NCBI GenBank assembly: GCA_951406725.2
Contig: OX597827.1
Span: 23,870,001-23,934,000, forward strand
Direction of reading: 5' to 3'
Length of the DNA stretch: 64,000 nucleotides
Source of the DNA: Octopus vulgaris
Lineage: Eukaryota
In this document: positions 26,814 to 39,382 of the stretch, one piece after another
Layout of the letters: each line of letters starts with the position of its first letter
How positions within the stretch are numbered: the stretch's first letter is position 1
The notes under the pieces: generated by a model
Told to the model about the DNA's origin: nothing
What the model saw: only the letters and a program-made list of their open reading frames with translations
Database searches by the model: none
Position numbers and translations under genes: made by a program

Positions 26814-26948
26814 TTTGTTGCAATCTATGACTACAACCCATCAGTGCAGTCTCCACATGACTACGCAGAATCTGAATTACGGTTTAATGCAGGTGACCTT
26901 ATCACAGTCTTTGGGAACCAGAGGTCAGATGGATTTTTCTGGGCTGAG
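26814..26948 (+). CDS. RIMBP-like exon i (SH3-2)
   Basis: ttttaatttcag|TTTGTT...GCTGAG|gtaact; 135 nt; FVAIYDYNPSVQSPHDYAESELRFNAGDLITVFGNQRSDGFFWAE, with the long RT loop and DGF motif typical of RIMBP SH3 domains. Confidence 0.92.
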
Positions 26949-27155
26949 GTAACTAGAAATTATTATCTTACCTCTTTGCCTTCATGTCTAAGTGTGTGTG
27001 TAAGTGTGTATTGTAAATAAATATATATTATATGTATGTAAATATATATATATATGTATTTACCTACAATTATGTATAAGTATCTCTTTGTGTGTGTGCG
27101 TACAAACATGTACACATATGGGCATGTACTTCATCAAAAATTCTCTATCTTTCAG

Positions 27156-27230
27156 TTAAATGGTAACCAAGGGCTTGTCCCTGCAAGTTTTGTGGAAGAA
27201 GTTCCAACAAAAGGTTCTCGGTCAAAACCA
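27156..27230 (+). CDS. RIMBP-like exon j (end of SH3-2)
   Basis: tatctttcag|TTAAAT...AAACCA|gtaagt; 75 nt; LNGNQGLVPASFVEEV. Confidence 0.9.
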
Positions 27231-27773
27231 GTAAGTTTCACAATCCGCTTTTTAAGATTGTTTTTCTTGCCTCTCCGTCCACTCTACAGCAGCAGCCCCT
27301 GACCGTTTATCACATCATGGTGGGCGGAGCATGATTCACACAGCAAAACACTATAAAGTACATGATTTATAATTTAATTATTACAGACATAATACAGGAT
27401 GTATTACATATGTGATGCACATATAATGCAGAAACACCCTGCAGATGGTGAGGGTCAAGAAAATAAGACTAAAATTTTTTAATTTATTCTTTTTGTGTAG
27501 TCTGGTGCCAAATGGTCCATACCCAGTTGGCTGGGAACCCTTTCACTTTAGGATCTATTGTTCCTTCTATCGTCCATTCTACAACCTGTTGTTCTTTTCA
27601 CTGTCTATTTACCTTTCATTCCTTCAAATTTGATGAATGACACAGCAGACTGACTTACCAGAATTCTGCTGGACTATACTAAATGTTAACTTCTTACGAC
27701 CTTGTTCCAATGCCAAAAGACATCATCTTCACCATTTCTCTTTATTGTTTATTATTAGTATCATTATTACTAA

Positions 27774-28415
27774 GGCGGCAAGCTGGCAGAAACGTTTGCA
27801 CGCCGGGCAAAATGCTTAGTGGTATTTCGTCTGCCGCTTTGTTCTACATTCAAATTCCGCCAAGGTCGACTTTGCCTTTCATCCTTTCAGGGTCAATTAA
27901 ATAAGTACCAGTTACACACTGGGGTCGATATAATCGACTTAATCCGTTTGTCTGTCCTTGTTTGTCCTCTCTGTCTTTAGCCCCTTGTGGGTAGTAAAAA
28001 AATAGGTATTTCTTCAATTGCTACGTTCTGAGTTCAAATTCTGCCAAGGTCAACTTTGCCTTTCATCCTTTTGGGGGTTGATAACTTAAGTACCAGTTGC
28101 ATACTGGGTCAATCTAATCGACTGGCCCTCTCCCCACCCCCCAAATTCCAGGCCTTGTGCCTATAGTAGAAAGGATTATCATCATTACTACGAAGATGAC
28201 AAGCTGGCAGAATCATTAACACGCTGGACAAAATGCTTAGTGGTATTTCTCTCTCATCGCTACATTCTGAATTCAAATTCCGCCGAGGTACACTTTGCCT
28301 TTTAATCTCTCTGAGATCAATAAAATATAAAACGCCTGTCAAGTACTGGGAGTCGGTGATATTTATTAGTGGCCCCTCCCCTCAAAATTATATCTTTAGC
28401 CCTCTGTCAGAAACC
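27774..28415 (+). mobile_element. SINE family A cluster in the last intron
   Basis: Well-preserved GGCGGCAAGCTGGCAGAAACG... copy plus two tandem copies. Confidence 0.88.
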
Positions 28416-28462
28416 GTTGTTGTTGTTGTTATTATTATTGTTGTTGTCATTTTGCTTTTCAG

Positions 28463-28531
28463 GTGAGTCGCCAGAACAGCAACGCCTCCCAGAAATCCCT
28501 ACAGAACACAGTTGGTCGAACAAGTAGGTGA
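28463..28531 (+). CDS. RIMBP-like probable terminal coding exon
   Basis: tttgcttttcag|GTGAGT...; VSRQNSNASQKSLQNTVGRTSR*, stop TGA 28529-28531. Confidence 0.7.
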   Translation: MSRQNSNASQKSLQNTVGRTSR

Positions 28532-29266
28532 TGTGATGTGTGGCTTACCACACCTGTCTTAATGAGGTGGTGGGGGAAAAGGGTGGATGGGTGGGTGGAA
28601 ATAAATAAGCAATAATAATAATAGTAATAATAATAGTAATTATTGTTAGTGCCAAATCTGTGTAAGATACATCTCATATATATAATAGTATATTTATTAT
28701 ATCCATATGTTTATATATATATATAATAGTATATAATATATATATGTATTATATATTTATATATAATATATATATATATATATGTATTATATATATTATA
28801 TATTTATATATAATATATATTATATGTTTATGTTTCTATATATATATACATATTAGAGTTTGTTCCAGAAAACCCCACTTTGTGTTAATTGACTGCTGCA
28901 TCTGATGGTTGATCACAATGGCTGTGGGGAGGGGTGGGTGGGATGGAGAAGGAATCTGGAGGTGGGGGGGACTGGTGGTGAGAGCTCGATGTTCTCTCCT
29001 TCACAGCCCTCACTTTATGTTAATTTCTCTGTTACTTCATAACTGGCTATTATTGTGTCTAGCTAGCCACACACACACACACACACACACACTAGACTTG
29101 TATTATTAAGTATTTGTCACAATACAATGAATGCCATGCGTTTGTGAAAGACTTTGCTTAGCGCCACAAATGCCATCCATGGACTTTGGTTATGATTCCT
29201 GCCGCTTGTCACATTTGTATTTCATATCATGAAAAACTGGAGTTAAGGACAAATTTCTATTCTAAT

Positions 29267-29272
29267 AATAAA
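29267..29272 (+). promoter_or_regulatory. Candidate polyadenylation signal of the RIMBP-like gene
   Basis: AATAAA ~740 nt after the stop; AATAAA is frequent in this AT-rich DNA. Confidence 0.3.
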
Positions 29273-30243
29273 GTTTAACCAAATTACTAAAATACTTCTG
29301 TGTGTACTTAAATTATTAAACTGGACATTTATTGCTCATAAACGTGTGTGTGTGTGTGTGTGTAAAACTAAATTCCTGTAAATGGATTGGATGGGGGGGG
29401 GGCTCTTAGGTCTTCTGCCATTTGCAGAATATGTTCTGTACAGTTTGTTGCTAATGCCATAAACTCTTTTAATAACTTTTATTACAACAACAAATGCAGT
29501 AAATTTTATTGTTGAAAATTTTGAAATGGAAAATTTAAAAAAAAAAAAAAATACAATTTTCTTAAAAGTATTTCAAGAAAATTCTGTTTTGTAGAATTTA
29601 CCAATATTTGTAGAATTTTCATAAACCTGTAAAGTTTACTAACATTTGCAAAGTTTCTGTTTATTTCTGGATTTTTAAATCCATTTCATATAGTTGACAT
29701 AATTTTGTAGTATTTATGCATTGGCAGGTATATGAAATATATATATACACAATCTCTGATATTTAATCAATGACTAGACCATGGTTTGTGTGTAGTATGA
29801 AGGATCACCTGGCTAGAGAGCTGGGTAGGATCTCGATCGAATATTGATCATTTCTACATATTTTAGATAGTAGATGGTGAATTTGGATGTAATTGATGTG
29901 CATGTGAGTGTGTGTGGGTACATGCGTAGTTCCATATGTATGTACACACACACGCACACACTCAATGCAGCGGGTGTGGAGGTTATCTTACTAAGCAGTT
30001 ATAACTATTTCATTTACATGGTTGCCCTCTGCATTGCTGATACATACACACACATATATATATATACACACACACACACACATACATATTTACATATATG
30101 TATGTATGTATGTTTGTGTATATATATATATTTGGCATGACAAATTATGCCATGAGATTATACATATTGGTATGGTGTATAATACCACCTTATTTAATAT
30201 GTATAGCTTTACAGGAATAATTCTAATATCCGGTGTACCCATA

Positions 30244-30275
<32 letters not shown>

Positions 30276-30402
30276 GCATCCCCCCCACACACACAAATAT
30301 ATGCAGAAATATATCCATATAATCTAATAACCATTGTTCAAAGACAACATTTTATAAAAAAATGTTTAATCCTTAAAAAAATAAACCATGCAAATACAGT
30401 AT

Positions 30403-30451
<49 letters not shown>

Positions 30452-31031
30452 TTATATGTATATATATGTGTGTATATATAAACAACATATATATGTATAT
30501 ATATATATAAATGATATATATATATAGATATATATGATATCATATATTGCTTATATTTTTATAAGTAAAACAATAAATTATTCTCTAAAAAAAACAATAA
30601 TCATAATATTAAATATCAAAAATATATATATAAAATAAAGCAAAAATATTTTTAAAAAGCACATGCATGAGGAAGAAAGTTTCACATTGAAATGGTGGAA
30701 ATGTTTTTTGTTTTTTTTTTTTGTGGATTTCATAGTTTTAAAGTTTCCTCTTATAAACTGATTGGGGAAACAAAAAAACTTACAAAAATTAAACAAAAAA
30801 ATATATAAACATTTGCCTGAAATACTCTTTGTACAATAATAATAATAATAACGATGAGGATGATGATTATGATGATGATATGTTCACATAAATTCTAAAG
30901 AAGTATATCAACTTGGTAGTGTTGGTGTTTGTAGAGCAAAGATGTTTTGGGGGGTGAGGAAGAGGGGGGTGGGGTTGAGTAGAATAAAGTATATTGTCAC
31001 CCAGGTGTGAAGTGCAAAGTTATATACATAC

Positions 31032-31100
<69 letters not shown>

Positions 31101-31486
31101 GCTTGGTGGCAATGATGACTAGGTATTATTGTTACCAAGTCCTCTCCACCCAGAGTCGACACTTCTCACCTGTAAGATAGATCTATCTCTAAGTGCCATC
31201 ACCTTGATGTGCCACTTATAGTCAGCAATGACTGAGGTACTGCAAACAATAAGTACTCTTGTACACCCACCCCCATCTACCCCCTACTATACTGCTGGGT
31301 TTTTTTTTTTTTTGTTTTGTTTGGTTTCCTTTTTTTTGCTTGGTTTTCTGTTGTATTTAACAGTTTTGCATTTAATTTGAAAATTACTGCTTGAAATCAT
31401 ACACATATATACATACCATTACACTGCCATACACACATATCCACACCTTTATATACTGAAGCACACACACACACACACACATATAC

Positions 31487-31519
<33 letters not shown>

Positions 31520-33918
31520 TTATTACACTGCCACATACCCATATACATCCTCACTGTTATACATACAAACACTTTTGCTCCCAGCAACATACATTTGCAT
31601 ACTCACACATACTTACAAACTCTCCTGCATACACAAGGCAGAGATTCAACCGGAAGCTACCCAAATTCTTAACATTGGCATTGAGTTCTTAGAGATGCCA
31701 TTTTGGATTTACTTTCTTTTGGCTGATTTTTATTATCAAGGAAACCATCAACAAACATTATGATTCTTCGATGCCTTATCTACCTCTTACATATACTCTT
31801 TTGGTTTGTGTATATGGTCAACGTTCACCACAGATACACACACACACACACACACACACACAGAAGTGAGCATAGGTGGGGCAACTGGGCAGAATCTAAC
31901 AAGTATCAGCCTGCCGTCTTTACCTTCTCGGAATTTTTGACCTGTGGAAGGTAGAGCGGGATGCGAATACAAAAGAGGTGTATTGTGGAAGCCCGTCTGC
32001 AGCCATTGTTATGGAACACCTAGAAAACCGTGTTTGGTGTCGAAGAATGCCCCTTTACTTTTGGGTTAACATGTATTTAGCATTGCTTCCCATGTGGTGA
32101 GAGACTGCCTTGCTATGGTAAGGGAAGTCTCTCCTTTCTTGACAACCGTTGAGTTCCTTGGCAACTGGCGAGTCTCTCATAGTTTTGAATTTCTTGCCTA
32201 TTGCCAAGTCTCTCAACTACAGTCAAGTCTCTCGGCAAATCTGAGTAAATGTCAGATGCATAAAAAAAAAAGAAAGAAAATTTTGAAATTCGTGACCAAC
32301 GATGCAGCTCTTACGTGATAACCCGAAGTCATTCTTCACATAGCACACATATATATTGAAACACACATACACCTGCATGTGATATCGCTGTTTTGTCTGT
32401 ATGTCTGTATATGTAGTGACAACCACACTTACACACATGCTCATTTGGAAACAGAAGACGAATGAGAGAGAGAGAATGCTATGGGTGTATGTATGTGCCT
32501 GAGCCACTTCGCTGTTAACTACTGAAGCCTCACTGAGACCCGGTCATATCCTCTCTCACTGAGGGGTCACGTGTTGTCAGAGAATGCTCACGTCCAGCAC
32601 TTCAACAATTCCATCCTGATCGCAGACTAGAGGACGGATGCAATGGTAGAAGTCACTGCTCTTGTTGCCTCATCAAAATTCTCCAAATATGTCTTCCAAC
32701 TCACGGACACACAGACACACCCCTTTACACATACATACTTATACAGGTCTTTGACAGAAAGCAATAACAAAACCCAATGTTTGATTGTAAAACCTGCTGT
32801 GCCGTCCGTCCATCGTCCGAAACATGAACAGGTCTCAGTTCAGTGTCCTGATCTCAAGGCCTCTGCATCAACACCACTCCTCTTACATAATATACACTGT
32901 TAACTTCAGCCTTTAACTTTTTTTTATTCCATCTTTAGACATACATCCAAATATCCAAGGCAGCGTGTGAAGGCACGTTGCCTGGTGGTTAGGATGTTTC
33001 ACCCATGATCGTAAGATCATGGCTTCAATTCCTAGACCAGGCGACGCGTTGTGTTCTTGAGCAAAACACTTCATTTCACGTTGCTCCAGTCCACTCAGCT
33101 GTAACTGGGTCACCCTGTGGCGGAATAGCCTTCCAATCAGGGGCAATGTTGACCTGCTCGCCTAGGCAGTGGGACGACATAATTCGAAAGCTAAAACAAT
33201 GCAAAGCGCATTGTGACCAGCGATGAATAACAACGTCTGATAGCCTGGTCGATACTGTGATACCATGATTATATATATACATCTATATATAGCTACCAAT
33301 AGTGTAAGGAACTCTGGGAAAACATTATATGCTCAGGTTGGAAGTGGTAAAAATGCTTTTGTATTTTGTTTTGCAAAATATCTTTCAGGAATTAACCCCA
33401 TTAATAGATTGTTTGTTATGGGTTTATATGTTAAGAACAGTTAAAAAGCCATGAGGGGTTTTATGACTTCAGTGCCTCGCTCTCTTTTCTGAGCTCAGTT
33501 GCCACCCCTGGCACTGCTAGATAAAGCTGTGTTCTCAAATGATACCCACCCATAATACCATCACCACCCTCGCAGACCAATGAAATAATGTTTTAGCAGC
33601 GTTAATGGAGGTTAAACTATTATTTCTTTCCTTCTCTTTAGAAAAATGAAATTTCAATAAATGCAAAGGTTGTGTTCCTGAGAAATTAAGTAAATTTCTG
33701 TTTAAGAATTAAATATAACAAAAATATTCTAATGACAGGAAAATCTTGTCAGCTCATTGTTGTATCTGAATTTCTGATCATGGTTTAGCAACTCATTACA
33801 TTTTCACAGTATCCAGTGACCATCCCACCGACTTGGTTGAACTTTACTACTACTACTACTACTACTGCTACTACTACTACTACTACTACACCACATTATA
33901 TTGTTAGATGTCTTGTTA

Positions 33919-34667
33919 ACTGTGGTTTGTGTGGTTGTTCTCTCATAAATCTCCTGGACCGCACATCAAAATACAATGAGAGGAAGCCCCTCACTGGCCA
34001 CTGTTTCATGTTCTAACCAACATGATGTGAGTTGAGTCTTTGCTTCTGTAGACTGTTTCACTGGATACGCTGCCCTGTGTCAATTTGCCAGGGTAATTCA
34101 CTTTCCGCATCAAAGATGTGTGAATAGCTGTTAGAAAATGACTGAGACACCACCAAGAGGTTTACCAGTGTTTACTTCAAGACTGAAATTATTTCTTTTT
34201 TTTACCATTCTTCCTGTCTTTTGATTCTTCTGGAGTTGAGAGGGACTCCACTGTTATTTACTGTGATCTGTCAAGCGATCCTCTTTCCTGGACCGCTCAA
34301 CATCAAATATACAGGGGATCAAGCTTTACAGCCTGTAGTAGGTCACAGGGATTATAACTCTTCACTCCAAAAGCAAATTCAAGTTGTTGTTGTTGTTGTG
34401 CTAAGCTATGTAAAGTTGGATGGTGAAAATAAGTTCCTGGTATGTCAAGACAAGGAGTGGTTTTGACAGCCAGTTGCAGCTATTTCACCCCACTAACACA
34501 GCCGATGCCCACTTCATCATCACTTGTTCTCTAAATGCTCAACAAAGATATTAAGTTGGCTAGAGGTAGTAACTGTTCATACACCCATGGGTAATAACAG
34601 GGGAACTTTCTCAGTTACCTGGACCGACTTTTAACATCATATACTGGTTAAGTACTTCAGCTATTAC
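33919..34667 (+). ncRNA. Three copies of a putative structured RNA module (loop CCTGGACCG-N1-7-ACATCA-W-rich-TAC)
   Basis: Exact 9-mer at 33953, 34287 and 34618, each followed by ACATCA and enclosed by a stem of different sequence; G-U pairs favour the + strand. Confidence 0.45.
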
Positions 34668-34861
34668 TCACAAACATTTCATGTGTTCTTAAGCAAATCT
34701 TTTAATATCTTTTTCCTGGGGCAATGTCATCAATTTTTGGAATACTTATTGCTTACCTACACAATGAAATAGTGACAGTTATTATATGATAAACAATATC
34801 TATATGCACCTCTCGTTTAGTCTTACTTTCCCATGTTTAATTAAACATCCTTAATTGTAAG

Positions 34862-35097
34862 GATGGTTACAGATATATATCTGGTTACAGATATAAATTA
34901 CACTGGTTACATTTATCCACTTGTTATAAACTATACTGGTTTTAGGTATAAAATTATATTTAAAACACTAATTAAAAACATTACTGATTACCAATTGTTT
35001 TTGTTTTGGTGGTTCAGTCTCAAACTAGTTATAAATGCGATTATAAGCCACACCAGTGGTTACAATAATATTAGGTTTATATACCACTGGTTATAAA
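34862..35097. repeat. Degenerate short tandem repeat
   Basis: Recurring TAC.CTGGTTA.A units. Confidence 0.55.
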
Positions 35098-36238
35098 TAA
35101 GTCAATATGTCTAGTTAAACAGCTAACCTGATAGAAATAAGATTCACATGTTAGGTAACTAGCAGAACCTGTAAAGGTTCTGGGTATCTTTTCTTTCATT
35201 AAATGAATTAGAAAAGATCATCTCTGATAAATAATAATAATAATATATATTTTAAATAATTAATATTTTATAATATTTACTTAAATACTCAATGACTGTT
35301 TTAGTTATAAATATCTCTATTAAGAATTTTCTAATCTTAATAATTAAGGAATCCTAAGAGTTAAGGAATTATAAAGTTTTTTTGCAAAGTCTTTAGGGTG
35401 AAAGATATTCAATCACTCAGGAATTCATTTGAAGAAGACTTCCAGTCTTAATTTGAAAATACTTTTTGGTTTGTGGTGGTGCCAGGGTTTACCTCTGGAT
35501 TTGCTTTGGTGAAATACTGAATCTATTCAAGGAACACTGCTATCGGTATTGAAGTGTTAATTTAGCCTGTATTTAGTTGTATGGTTTAAACAATGGACCT
35601 AACGATGGATTAGTCCTAACACATTCATCGTGTTTGTTTGATCCAACTTTGGGTGGAACTGTTGTTATGTCAGTTGTAATATGACTCAGCATTTCTGCTG
35701 CAGCTTGGTCGTACAGTCAGTCAAGCTGAATGTTAACGTGTGAGCCATCTCAGCATGTATAGTTTAAAAATAGACATAGATCTTTGTTGATAGAAAATGG
35801 GGTTTTGTTCAGGGAGGCAGGGTACAGAAATATTTCTGGGATATTCAGATCAGGGGTCAGAATCACAGAAGGAGACAGATGTATAAAACTTTCTTTTTTT
35901 TTGTGAGAGGAGTGGTTAATCTTTACGTTTTTCACCCGCTGATGGATTGTTTTTGATATTTTGAAATAATTTTCACAATTTACAGACTTTTCTTCCTCAT
36001 TTTTGATTTTAGGGGATCGAAGGGTCAGTAATCTCTTCATTTTTGTTTTATTTTTCGTTTTTTTTTTTGTCTGTAAAAAAAAATTTTGTTTTATATTTTC
36101 AAACTTTCCACTCCAAGTTGACTTCTATTTTCATGTCTTTCATAACATATTCTGACCAAATTCATACCTAAACAATTGTGTGTGCATGTGCGAGAAAGAC
36201 AGCATTTTCTATAAAATATAATTCTAAATTAAAACTAC

Positions 36239-36278
<40 letters not shown>

Positions 36279-37208
36279 ATTTATCACATCCACCAAACTC
36301 TCCTACTACTTATAATAATGTTTTCATACTAACACACCCTTTCTTGCACTCTTGAATATTACTAAATATACTATTTGTATATATATATATATATGTAGAT
36401 AGGTAGATATATGTATACACACATTTCTACACCCATGGTTCAATATCCGTCAGAGAATATCACATTTCTTTCTTTCAAATCGTTATGTTTACATACATAT
36501 ATATAAATATATCTGTTAATATTGATTTACAAAAATGCCTCAAATGTGTGTGTATGTTATATATATATATATATATTATATAACATATATGTACATATAT
36601 GTATATACACATATGCACACGCACTCTGTCGTAGATGTAGAAGTATAAAACGCGATTGAGTTCTTTTTCATTGAAACAACTTTATTGTTCACGTTATTTT
36701 CAGTCTACAAACATGGTAGCAACAAATTTGACTCTCCTTATTATTTAATATATATACACACACTATTCGTGCTGAATAAATATAACGTTATCTTACATTT
36801 GAAATATTCACCATATACAGTGTATAGACACTCATTAACATACATGTATACATATGTGTGTATATATCATATATATGTATCTGTTGTGAGTGAAACGCTA
36901 TAGTTGTATCATGTATGATATGAAGATAGTTCACATAAAACTAAGATATCAAACTGTAATATTTACTTTTCAACAACGTCTGGGAAATATTAATGCATGT
37001 GGTTAGTAAAATGTAAATTTAAAATATAAACGTTAGTTGTTGTAGGTGTATTATGAAACACTAATTGTACAGAAGTCAATACTTTTAAGGGGTGTTTTTT
37101 AATTCCCTTTGGAGTGAAAGAAGCACCTTTAACCAATATTTCTCTTGTACAGCACTCCAATTGCTGTGAGCAATCTATTGTTTGTGAGTTGTCATATCTA
37201 GAAAGCCA

Positions 37209-37253
<45 letters not shown>

Positions 37254-39179
37254 CTATATAGCAATTAAAGTATTTCATATAATGTATGTGTAAAATCAAT
37301 TTAGTGAGCTAATAAATGAATGTATATTTGAGCAGTGACATCAAGGTTTCAATCCTGACTCATAATTCATTTAAATTGTGACAAAATATATTTTACTGTT
37401 ATTTTATTAACACAAACCACACAAAAAGAATTCTGTTAGTGATTGATGTAATTAAGATTGTGGGGGTTTAACTTCATTTCACTACATTAATGGTAATCTG
37501 GAACAAACTATTAATCTTATTATTATCATGGACTAGGGCTTTGGGAAAAAATGCTCTGCAAGTATCTCTTCCAGTTCCTTGCATTCTGAGATCAAATCTT
37601 GTGGCAGGTGGTGTCAGTTGACTTCAACTTTCATCCTTCCAAGATCAATCAAATTAAGTACCAGTCATGTACTGGGGGATCCATCAAAACAAAGAAAAGG
37701 TTATGGCATTGTGTGCCTATATTTTAGAAAACTATTATTATTGCTTTTTCCCCCGTCAGAACAACTGGAAACGACTTGGTCAACCTTTTGTTCGTCACTC
37801 ATCCGTCCGTCCACCCGTCTCTTCTTCCACCTCAACAGGGTTTTAACCAACCAACAAGACATTGGCAGAAGTTTTGAAATTGAAGAAATAAAAAAGAAGA
37901 AATTTCAAAAAAAGAAACATCTAAAATGTTTTAAAATGTAAACTAAAGTCCAGCGGAACTTAGTAGCTGAGTGTGAGATAGAGACTCTAGACAGACACTC
38001 ATCCTACTGCTGCTGAGGCAGTAGACTACTGCTTCCATATTGTTGTCATCACTGAAGCAGCAGAACTCTGCTGCTTCTATTTGGTACCATATGTTGCATC
38101 CACTGCATGTTTATATATACAAGTGCGTGTATATATATACATACGTGTATATGCACATTTGTATATTTCTTGCATTACAATGCAACAAAATAAAAGAGAA
38201 AAAAAACAAAAAAAACAAGAACTCAATTGTGTAGAGAAGAAACTGTTTTGTTTGTTTTTATTTTATAATTATTTTTGTTTTGCTTTATTTTTTCTTTTGG
38301 TTTTCTTGTTGATGTTTGATTTCAGGTTCCACCCCCTTCACCACCTCCTTAGAACTCCCACGACTTTACATTTTTCATGGCAGCATCAGTATATCTGTTG
38401 CATAAACAAATCATTACCAGTCACCTTGGATTCACAGAAGCAGTGAACAGAATGCCATGTGGTGTTTAGTTATCATGAGTTCAGATCCCACTATCGGCTG
38501 CTTTGATGCAAATTTGTGGTTCTCTGCTTGTTAGAAATCCTTATTTCAAAAGCCCTAAAATAATGACTTCCTGCAGTAGTGGTGGTCAGATGATGTGCCT
38601 CCGAATAGCATCTTGTAAGAATGTGAATTTCATAGAAATTAAATTTTGATCTATGCATATTTGGGTAAAAGGCCACATTCTGGAACAGCCAAATAAAGAA
38701 GATCAATAATTGATCAGACAGTATCGGAACTGGATATTTCCTTGGTATTATTGATCAGCCCAAGCATTAACGATGTCTTATTTGTGTCTCTTCACTCTGA
38801 GAAAAGACAAGATTACAAAACATTGAATTCCTTTCTTCACATGACCATTCTGCAGAATTCTCAAACTCTCCTCCTGTCAACAAATTCTTGCTAAAGAAGA
38901 CAATTCCTACTTACCTGGGATTCCAAAGTTCACCATAAGTTTTGAAAGTAACAACAGTCCTAACGAATATTGGAAGACAAGTCAAGGAGCTATGAGCAAA
39001 ATGCAAGGCTGGCACAATTGTCAGGTACAATAAAACCAGCCCTACATCTTTCAGAGCAGTGGTCCCCAATTTTTTTCGCATCACAAACTAATTCCATGCA
39101 AGACAATTTTTCCACAAACCAAAGGATCACGTACGTAACACACAATAAAGTGCATAAGATATAATTACATATATATCGG

Positions 39180-39382
39180 TTTAAAATTCTGGCACAAGGC
39201 AAGCAATTTTGGTGGGAGAGGTTAAGTCAATTACACTGACCCAGTGTTCAACTGGTACTTACTTTATCAACCCCAAAAGGGTGAAAGGCAAAGTCGATCT
39301 CATTGGGATTTGAACTCAAAACAGTTGAAATGCTGCTAAGCTTTTTACCCAGCATGCTAACAATTCTACCAGCTTACCACCT
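39180..39382 (-). mobile_element. SINE family A (minus); similar copy at 63424-63628
   Basis: Reverse complement of the family A body. Confidence 0.8.

Noticed and set aside
33953-34639. Repeated motif as box C/D snoRNA, SECIS, known miRNA or splice acceptor
   Set aside because: Minus-strand TGATG...CAGG lacks box D CTGA; no SECIS quartet; conservation is in the loop rather than a 22-nt arm; no polypyrimidine tract.
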